Positions 56,983 to 63,958 of a DNA stretch of 64,000 nucleotides are shown here, one piece after another. The number at the start of each line of letters is the position of its first letter. Within the stretch, counting starts at the first letter, position 1. Below the pieces are notes generated by a model that saw only the letters and a program-made list of their open reading frames with translations, had not been told where the DNA came from and did not search any database. The translations under genes and the position numbers were made by a program. Origin of the DNA: a virus; the IMG/VR virus record IMGVR_UViG_3300034283_002790, positions 1 through 64,000 of that record; one strand, given 5' to 3'.

Positions 56983-57228
56983 TTAAGTTAATTTTTTGTA
57001 CTTAAAAGTTTTTGATATTTCCTTATTAAAAAAGTTTCCATGAGATTTTGCACTTCTAAATGAAGTATAAAGTTGGTGCGGTACTTCATCATATTCATAC
57101 CTTATCCCATTCTTAAATTCTACAACTAATTTTTTAGTGATTGTATCATATTCTGTTTTCACTAAATTTGAAGATTCAATTTCATTAATAATCTTCGTAC
57201 CCAAAATAATTTCTTTTAGTATTGCCAT
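56983..57228 (-). CDS. KTSC-domain protein, 81 aa
   Basis: SSNL...YD...LVVEFKNG..YEY..VP...Y..F..A.S.G.FFN. ATG at 57228. Confidence 0.88.
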   Translation of the reverse strand: MAILKEIILGTKIINEIESSNLVKTEYDTITKKLVVEFKNGIRYEYDEVPHQLYTSFRSAKSHGNFFNKEISKTFKYKKLT

Positions 57229-57306
57229 GTTTTTTATTTTAAAAATATGAACTTTAAAAAAAAAATCCACCCTATAGGTAGATTTAATAATTGGGATATA
57301 TATTTT

Positions 57307-57663
57307 TTATTTAAGTAAATTGATTACTTTTTTTTCTTTTTCTTTTTTAAAAGGAAAAAATATTTCTAAAATCCCATCTCGAAGATCTGCTTTAATTTTT
57401 TCCTGATCATATTTTTCCCCAATTGTATATTTTTTTGAAATTGTGGACTTTGAAACCGGGGATCCGGACTCAAAATTTAGTTCCCTTTCCCCCTTAATTA
57501 AAAGATGATTGTCCTTGACCTCAACACTAAGGTTATCTTTATTATATCCAGGAACTTCAATACTAAAATAACTCCCCGACTCCGAATGATGAAGTTCGGG
57601 TGTATTCAAGTTTTTTAAATTTTGACTCATTTGATAAAAGTCATCATAAAATAATTTAAACAT
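57307..57663 (-). CDS. Small heat-shock protein (Hsp20/alpha-crystallin), 118 aa
   Basis: IEVPGYNKDNLSVEV...LLIKGER...IKADLRDGILEI. Confidence 0.9.
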   Translation of the reverse strand: MFKLFYDDFYQMSQNLKNLNTPELHHSESGSYFSIEVPGYNKDNLSVEVKDNHLLIKGERELNFESGSPVSKSTISKKYTIGEKYDQEKIKADLRDGILEIFFPFKKEKEKKVINLLK

Positions 57664-57725
57664 TTTTTTTTATTTTTAGGTTTATTTTGTTATTTTTGTT
57701 CTCGAAAATTGTTCCATTGTGTGGA

Positions 57726-57775
57726 AAGTGTCATATTGACACTTATATTCTTATTTCAGTGACAAATTGACAAAT
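57726..57775. promoter_or_regulatory. Putative operator between divergent hsp20 and clpC
   Basis: Perfect inverted repeat AAGTGTCA-TAT-TGACACTT (57726-44) plus tandem TGACAAAT-TGACAAAT (57760-75). Confidence 0.55.
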
Positions 57776-57795
57776 ATGGACTTTATTAATATTTT
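57767..57795 (+). promoter_or_regulatory. sigma70-type promoter for clpC
   Basis: TTGACA, 17 nt, TATTTT. Confidence 0.5.
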
Positions 57796-57824
57796 AATTT
57801 ATATTTAAAAAAAAACAAAAAATT

Positions 57825-59879
57825 ATGATTGAGTTAGGTGATGAAAACGAGAAAAGAAATAAAAAAAGTGAATCAGGTACACCAGTACTAGATAATTTTA
57901 GTAAAGACCTGTTGAAGTTGGCAGAACAGGGTAAATTGGATCCTGTAATTGGAAGAAAGTCTGAGATTTTACGAATTGCACAAATTCTATCAAGAAGAAA
58001 GAAAAATAATCCAATTATTATCGGTGAACCTGGGTCGGGAAAAACAGCAATAGTTGAGGGTCTCGCGATGTTGATAAAAGAGGGTGAGTGTCCCAAAAAT
58101 CTTTTAGATAAAAGAATTCTTTCCTTGGATATTAATTCATTAGTTGCTGGTACCAAATATCGTGGTCAGTTTGAAGAAAGAATGAAAGTAATTATCGAGG
58201 AACTTAATCAAAATCCTGATATTATAATTTTTATTGATGAGATTCACACCATGGTTGGAGCCGGAAATAGTTCTGGTTCTTTGGATGCCTCCAACATCTT
58301 AAAACCGGCACTCTCAAGAGGTGAAATTCAGTGTATTGGTGCAACAACACTTGACGAATATAGAAAACATTTTGAAAAGGATGGTGCTTTAGACAGGAGA
58401 TTCCAAAAAATTATTGTAAGTCCATCCACTAAAGATGAAACATTTGAAATTTTGAAACAAAGTAAATTAAAATATGAAGATCATCATAAAGTCACATATG
58501 ATGATAATACTTTACGATTATTTGTTGAACTTGCGGATCGTTATATCACTGATCGAGAGTTTCCGGATAAAGCGTTCGATATCTTGGATGAGGTTGGTGC
58601 TAGAATGCAAATAGATATCAAACTTCCTGAGGTTATCGAAAATCTTAAACAAGAGGCATCCGACATCAAAAAACAAAAAATGGATGTCATCAAGAAACAA
58701 AATTACGAACAAGCGGCGGAGTTACGTGATAGAGAAAGACAAGTTTTAGGTTTGTTGGATGAAGAAAAAAAGAAATTCGAACAACAACTTAAAAATAGTA
58801 AAAGACCTATCGGAGAGGAATTAGTCTATGAAGTAGTCTCCAATATGACTAAAATTCCGGTTTCTAAAATTAACCTGGATGAGAAAAAATCTTTAGTTGA
58901 TCTTGATAAAAATTTAAATGGAAAAGTTATAGGTCAGGAAGATGCAGTAATTAAGATTACCAAATCCATCAGAAGAAATAGAATTGGTATAAAAGATCCA
59001 AATAAACCAATTGGTTCTTTTATATTTTTAGGATCCACCGGTGTAGGTAAGACATTTTTAGCAAAACAACTTGCCAAAGAAATATTTGGAAGTGAGGAAA
59101 ATCTAATAAGAGTTGATATGAGTGAATATCAAGAAAAACATACTATTTCAAAGTTGATAGGATCACCACCAGGATATGTAGGTCATGACGAAGGCGGACA
59201 GTTAACAGAACAAGTTAAAAATAAACCTTATTCAGTAATTTTGTTTGACGAAATAGAAAAGGCACATAAAGACATTTTCTCAACTTTGTTACAAATATTA
59301 GATGACGGACATGTAACCGATTCTTTGGGTAGGAAAATTAATTTCAAAAACACTATGATTATTATGACATCCAATATCGGTGTTAAAAAACTTCAAGATT
59401 TCGGAACGGGTGTTGGATTCAAAAGTTCGAATAGTGAGGCAGTGCAAGAAGAACATAGAAGAGATGTTCTTAAAAAAGAATTAAGTAAGTTCTTTGCCCC
59501 TGAATTTTTGAATAGAATTGATGACGTTGTTATTTTTAATTCGCTTAGAAAAGAACATATTGATGTTATTACTAAATTGGAGATCGATAAACTATTAGAA
59601 AGAGTGACTTCTAAAAATTACTTTTTCTCTTACGATCAAAATGTAATTGATTTAATATCTGAAGTGGGGTTTGATGAAACATTTGGTGCCAGACCCATCA
59701 AACGAGCAATTCAAGATAAAATTGAAGATTTGATTTCAGAAAAAATCCTCACGGATGAAATTGTGGAAAATCAAGAATATGTTTTAGTTGTGGAGGGTGA
59801 AAAAGAAAATAGAAAAATTTCAGTCTTAACTAAAGAGATTCCTAAAACAACCAAAAAGAGGACATCAAAAATTAAATAA
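57825..59879 (+). CDS. clpC: ClpC-type AAA+ unfoldase lacking the N-terminal domain, 684 aa
   Basis: D1 GEPGSGKT and FIDEIH; UVR-type middle domain NYEQAAELRD; D2 GSTGVGKT and LFDEIEKAH; ClpP-docking loop GVGF. Confidence 0.9.
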   Translation: MIELGDENEKRNKKSESGTPVLDNFSKDLLKLAEQGKLDPVIGRKSEILRIAQILSRRKKNNPIIIGEPGSGKTAIVEGLAMLIKEGECPKNLLDKRILSLDINSLVAGTKYRGQFEERMKVIIEELNQNPDIIIFIDEIHTMVGAGNSSGSLDASNILKPALSRGEIQCIGATTLDEYRKHFEKDGALDRRFQKIIVSPSTKDETFEILKQSKLKYEDHHKVTYDDNTLRLFVELADRYITDREFPDKAFDILDEVGARMQIDIKLPEVIENLKQEASDIKKQKMDVIKKQNYEQAAELRDRERQVLGLLDEEKKKFEQQLKNSKRPIGEELVYEVVSNMTKIPVSKINLDEKKSLVDLDKNLNGKVIGQEDAVIKITKSIRRNRIGIKDPNKPIGSFIFLGSTGVGKTFLAKQLAKEIFGSEENLIRVDMSEYQEKHTISKLIGSPPGYVGHDEGGQLTEQVKNKPYSVILFDEIEKAHKDIFSTLLQILDDGHVTDSLGRKINFKNTMIIMTSNIGVKKLQDFGTGVGFKSSNSEAVQEEHRRDVLKKELSKFFAPEFLNRIDDVVIFNSLRKEHIDVITKLEIDKLLERVTSKNYFFSYDQNVIDLISEVGFDETFGARPIKRAIQDKIEDLISEKILTDEIVENQEYVLVVEGEKENRKISVLTKEIPKTTKKRTSKIK

Positions 59880-59881
59880 AA

Positions 59882-60622
59882 CTATACGTCTTTTTGGGTC
59901 CAGGTTATTTTATTTTTTGTTTCTTTAGCCATTTGATTCATGTGATTTTTAAATGAATTGTAGAAACTTGTAGGTATTGTTAAACAAATCTTTTTCTTTT
60001 TAACTTTACCTTTTGGTACATTTCTAAATAAATCTCGTCTATCTACATTTGTATTATCCCCAGCGACACCTTGTATTTGGTAATTTGTGGTTTTTTCTCC
60101 AGTTATTGCTGCAGAAACGTATTGTTCTTTTACTGCTTCAGGACTATTCATTACTGTTGCTTTACCGACTTTAGTTGTCCCTGCGGTAATTACTACTCTA
60201 GGGTCTGTAATGTTTTGTTTGATATAAGTAATTAAATTATCCCGTCTTCTTGCCGCTAATGCATTATTATCATATCCAGATGTTGTCCCAACGGCTGATG
60301 CACCACCACCAACAGTAACATAAACTTTTCCTTTAGTCTCCTTTAAAAGATCCTTAATTGTTTGAATTATATCTTTGATTTTTGGATCGTTAGGATTTAT
60401 TGTATCAACACCATTAGCAAATGTAGTTGAACCATTCGAAACTATGTTGTAAGATACATTATATCCATTTGGATATCTTGCCTTTAATCTTTCGATACTA
60501 CTGAGTGCAGGACCACCGAGTGCCTCAGAAATAACAATATTACGTGTTGTACTAGATCCGTGAAGATTTAAAATTCTAAACTTTTCGTCTTCGGTAATAA
60601 ACGTTTTTTGACTCATGGACAT
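59882..60622 (-). CDS. Protein with an OmpA-like C-terminal domain, 246 aa
   Basis: F.NG...; GGASAVG...YDNNALAARRRDNLITYI resembles the N-x2-LS-x2-RA-x2-V-x2-YL motif. N-terminal ITEDEKFRILNLH. Confidence 0.5.
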   Translation of the reverse strand: MSMSQKTFITEDEKFRILNLHGSSTTRNIVISEALGGPALSSIERLKARYPNGYNVSYNIVSNGSTTFANGVDTINPNDPKIKDIIQTIKDLLKETKGKVYVTVGGGASAVGTTSGYDNNALAARRRDNLITYIKQNITDPRVVITAGTTKVGKATVMNSPEAVKEQYVSAAITGEKTTNYQIQGVAGDNTNVDRRDLFRNVPKGKVKKKKICLTIPTSFYNSFKNHMNQMAKETKNKITWTQKDV

Positions 60623-60653
60623 TTTTATAATAAATATGTCCTTAAAAAAAAAA

Positions 60654-61439
60654 TTAATGTTTAGAACATCCTAACTCCTCAATTATTTTTTTTCCGATAG
60701 AAATTCCATTATAAGTGTCTTCTAACACAACGTATTCTTGTCTTGTGTGATACCGGTAGTATCCGATAGAAAGATTGAAACAGGATAATCCAAAGTTTTG
60801 ATTTAAAGGGAATATGTCAGTGTAAGGATGATATTGATATAGTGGATCACTAGGGAAATTTTCACAAATTAATCTATTCCCAACTTCAAAAAACTTACTT
60901 TCTCGATTAAACATTTTCTTTCCCATCAGGTATTCTGATATCATATTGTTTTCCGGTGCGTCAAATTGAATGCAGTACCCAACGTTTGAAAAAAATTCTG
61001 GGTCTGCCGCTTTAGAACCGTGACACCCGGTTTCTTCAGAAACAAAGAATGCCGATTTAACATTATCGAGTTCCAATAAAGAAACCATGCAGGCAAATAC
61101 ACCACATTTATTATCACCACCAATACCTGTGGGATCACCCTTGTCATTAAGAGCCCTCCAGGATTTTTTCAGTTCACCCTGGGCGTTGGGTAACATTTCC
61201 TCAATAATATTAATTGGTTCAATGTTATGTACTGTATCGGTGTGTGCGATCACACAAGGAAAAAAATCAACGTCCTGGGAGGTTTGCTTTGTTGCATAGA
61301 TGTTTTTCATCTTATCAACATAAAAAGGTATTTTATTTTCCTCTAACCAATCACAAATAAACTTAACAAGTAAATCTTCTTGATAAGTTTTTGAAGGTAC
61401 TGAAAGTACACTTTTTAAAAGTTCTAAATTATTCATCAT
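60654..61439 (-). CDS. Zn-dependent peptidase, M20/M28 clan MH-like, 261 aa
   Basis: IAHTDTV, GGDNKCG, SEETG, IQFDA, and YH metal-ligand motifs. Confidence 0.82.
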   Translation of the reverse strand: MMNNLELLKSVLSVPSKTYQEDLLVKFICDWLEENKIPFYVDKMKNIYATKQTSQDVDFFPCVIAHTDTVHNIEPINIIEEMLPNAQGELKKSWRALNDKGDPTGIGGDNKCGVFACMVSLLELDNVKSAFFVSEETGCHGSKAADPEFFSNVGYCIQFDAPENNMISEYLMGKKMFNRESKFFEVGNRLICENFPSDPLYQYHPYTDIFPLNQNFGLSCFNLSIGYYRYHTRQEYVVLEDTYNGISIGKKIIEELGCSKH

Positions 61440-61443
61440 GGTA

Positions 61444-61475
61444 CAAATTTACAACGTTTTATTTTATCTACCAAA
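61444..61475 (-). promoter_or_regulatory. Bacteroidota-type promoter for the peptidase
   Basis: Minus-strand TTTG, 20 nt, TAAATTTG. Confidence 0.55.
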
Positions 61476-61479
61476 AAAT

Positions 61480-61508
61480 TTGACTCATTAAAAAAGTTTT
61501 TTTATATT
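61480..61508 (+). promoter_or_regulatory. sigma70-type promoter for the tmRNA
   Basis: TTGACT (61480-85), 17 nt, TATATT (61503-08). Confidence 0.65.
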
Positions 61509-61553
61509 TATGTCTGTAAATAGTTCATTGAAAACACACCGTACAAAATATAT

Positions 61554-61972
61554 GGGCCTATATTGGATTTGACGGGCGTTGGTTGGATTAAAGGAGCATG
61601 TCGGGTCTGAATTAAACTCGTTAAAAACTGATTCGAACAACAACTGGCAATGTGCTAAACAAAATGGAAACTCTTGGTTTACTAAGAGGTTCTGAAGTTA
61701 CTGTAGCCTAATAGGTTTACGGAAACGGAGGGTCGATCAGACAGATACCTAGTAACAGAAGTCGTAGATGAGTTGGTTTTCACTCTAAAAGAAAACAACG
61801 GTCTCGTTCAGAGGGCTACCGTAACAAAAGTGAACTCGACACAGTTTTTGGTAACAATGTCAAAATAGGAACCAAATATTTTGGAAGATATGAAAAATCT
61901 TAACCTAAACATGTAGTTGTCTTTTTGACAAAACGAGCCGGACGAGGGAGTCGGAGCCCTCTAGGTCCACCA
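61554..61972 (+). ncRNA. ssrA: tmRNA, 419 nt; predicted tag (A)GNVLNKMETLGLLRGSEVTVA
   Basis: Acceptor stem GGGCCUA/UAGGUCC with a G3:U wobble and ACCA end. 5' GGAUUUGACGGG; GCAUG/CAUGU helix; pk1-like pairings. Tag ORF 61646-61711 ends TAA TAG. Confidence 0.92.
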
Positions 61973-61976
61973 ATTG

Positions 61977-62007
61977 ATCCCATCATTTAATTATGGTGGG
62001 ATTTTTT
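61977..62007 (+). terminator. Intrinsic terminator after the tmRNA
   Basis: ATCCCATCAT-TTAATT-ATGGTGGGAT followed by TTTTT. Confidence 0.8.
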
Positions 62008-62215
62008 ATTTATCCTTCATGTTAAAATTAAGAGTATGGTTGATTGTAACTGTTATTTGATTAGTATCGAAATGACGTATTTTACCATCTTCAAAAGAAG
62101 AACATACCCATATGGTATTTCTATGTATCCCATAATCTATTATAAATAAAACCTGGGCTTCTCCAAAAGGTGTGTTCACTGTTATAACTTGTTGTACTTC
62201 ATGAATTGAGGTCAT
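62006..62215 (-). CDS. Hypothetical protein, 69 aa
   Basis: ATG at 62215 follows TATTTAT (minus strand, 62220-26). Confidence 0.6.
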   Translation of the reverse strand: MTSIHEVQQVITVNTPFGEAQVLFIIDYGIHRNTIWVCSSFEDGKIRHFDTNQITVTINHTLNFNMKDK

Positions 62216-62271
62216 ATTGATAAATATGAATATTATAAAATTATCACAGGTTAAATATTTATGATTCACAT

Positions 62272-62940
62272 ATGAAAATATATTTCGATCATATTAATGG
62301 TTTTGGTAAAATAAGTGATTTCGAGGTAATAGTTAACTGTGCCTATGGAATTCAAGAAAAAGAAGATAACCCATCCGAGTTGATGAATCAAGGGTGGATT
62401 CCCTGGAAAGATAGATGGTATAATGAAAGAAGTACAAGAATAAATCTTACAAACTATAAACCAAGTAAAACGACAAAAAGACTGTCAAATAAAATTACTA
62501 CCAGAAAAGGAGACATAAAAAAATATATAGAGATTTACAAGGAAATTCATCAAAAATACTCCACTCATAAATCATTTCAGAGAAATATAAGTCTTGATAC
62601 ATTTTTAGATTGTGAGATAATAGAATATTGGAAAGATAATCTTATTGCTCTGTCTATTTATAAAATGATCGGAAAGGATATGATTGCATATCAATTTATT
62701 TGGGACTATGAAGATCCAAAATTGTCTATGGGAAATGTTGCTCAGATGTTTGAGTGTGAACAAGCAAGGTTAAATCAATGTGACTATGTTTACCTTATGG
62801 GTGGATATGAAAAATGTTGTGAATACAAATCGGAATTTTCTGGATTTGAGTTTTGGACTGGTCTTGAATGGTCTTCCGATGTTGACTTATATAAAAATCT
62901 TATAAGTCGAGATCAAAAAGTTATAATACAAAATATATAA
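62272..62940 (+). CDS. ATE1/Bpt-like aminoacyl-tRNA--protein transferase, 222 aa
   Basis: ATE_N-like L..GW...RINLTNYKPSKTTKR. ATE_C-like WDYEDPKLSMG...ECEQAR...YVYLMGGYEKCCEYK (compare YDP...SLG...EI..AR...Y.YLG...C.KM.YK). Confidence 0.75.
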   Translation: MKIYFDHINGFGKISDFEVIVNCAYGIQEKEDNPSELMNQGWIPWKDRWYNERSTRINLTNYKPSKTTKRLSNKITTRKGDIKKYIEIYKEIHQKYSTHKSFQRNISLDTFLDCEIIEYWKDNLIALSIYKMIGKDMIAYQFIWDYEDPKLSMGNVAQMFECEQARLNQCDYVYLMGGYEKCCEYKSEFSGFEFWTGLEWSSDVDLYKNLISRDQKVIIQNI

Positions 62941-62961
62941 AAAAAGGGACAGACTGTCCCT
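62941..62961. terminator. Probable bidirectional terminator between the transferase gene and the large ncRNA
   Basis: AAAAAGGGACA-GAC-TGTCCCT. Confidence 0.6.
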
Positions 62962-62984
62962 AATATTTTACCGGTGGCTCCATT

Positions 62985-63923
62985 AAAAGAAACGCTGAGA
63001 TTACACGTTTTTGTGAGAACCTTTAGAGTCATTATTGTTTCTACTCTTATCCACTTCCTTTTGGAAAGTATTTCTCAGTGACGGTCTTTTAGGTTTACCA
63101 CTCCTTAAGGTTTGAATTACTCTCATCCTAATCTACTCTTTTCGAGGATGCCTCCCCAACTCGTCCTTGCGGGACTAAAGGTTTTTCGGATAATTACACT
63201 CAGACTTGGGATCTTTGTGTGCAATGAACGGCTCATTACTATGTAGTCACCTTTCATCCAAACCTGACGGACACTTTTCCTTATTTTTTATTAATTATTG
63301 GAATAATCAACTTCCATAAGTTTTGTGTTGTGGATTGTGAAAGTAGTGGTCCGCCAACCAAGCCAACCCATCTTTTGAACGAGTCGATACTCAACTACTC
63401 TCTGAAATGTCCCCATTTCCATATTTTTAGACTACTTCGAAACAAATCTTTTGGTAAAGATTCATTAAGGTTCATAACAGCACCACCTGTACATAAACAT
63501 ACCTTTCGGTTTTAAGTATCCTATAATATTGGAATCCGTAATTATAAAGTTGGATAACTCTATTTCTTACATAATTCCTACGGGTTATTCCTATCGGTGT
63601 TCCCACCTCAACTAGACGACCCACATCGCCCAATCGTCAAACCACTTTCCTTACAGCGTTGCCCTCAGTACTAAAGGTTTAACGGTATCCCGCTTGCATA
63701 CTCGACCTCGAATGTCCGAAGACAAACAAGACGCAAACCAGTTACACTTCTGATTCACTTTATCCCACTTTCGTGGTTTATTTATTGACCATATGCGGCC
63801 AAATATCTTTATTACTCAAAGGAGAGAATTACATCTCTATTATCGGTCAAATAATCTGACCGGACTTTTTTGTAAAAGGATAATTCAATTTTTCAAAGAA
63901 CTTTTCGGACGTTTCCGAACTGT
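62985..63923 (-). ncRNA. Large structured ncRNA, about 930 nt, probably GOLLD-like
   Basis: No credible ORF; GC-richer than flanking DNA. Tetraloop hairpins (CCAC-GAAA-GUGG, UGUC-UUCG-GACA, ACC-GAAA-GGU, GUCC-C-GCAA-GGAC) and long-range pairs (CAUCCU/AGGAUG, CUGAGA/UCUCAG). Has its own promoter and terminator. The family call rests on recall of GOLLD 3'-domain sequences and needs a covariance-model search. Confidence 0.7.
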
Positions 63924-63929
63924 TTGATA

Positions 63930-63958
63930 AGTATACGAGTAACATTTGAAAAAGTCAA
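63930..63958 (-). promoter_or_regulatory. sigma70-type promoter for the large ncRNA
   Basis: Minus-strand TTGACT (63958-53), 17 nt, TATACT (63935-30). Confidence 0.75.

Noticed and set aside
42155-59879. Inteins or introns in the capsid, portal, terminase or ClpC genes
   Set aside because: No C/S...HN-C/S/T splice motifs or LAGLIDADG blocks were seen, and the terminase and ClpC lengths need no insertion.
63330-63515. 61-aa plus-strand ORF
   Set aside because: Antisense to the structured RNA, with no promoter or typical start context.
62985-63923. RNase P RNA, group I/II intron or rRNA fragment as the identity of the large ncRNA
   Set aside because: No GAGGAAAGUCC/P4 pair of RNase P, no complete group II domain V/VI (only a GAGCCG fragment), no interrupted host gene, and no recognisable rRNA segments. 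A covariance-model search is still needed.
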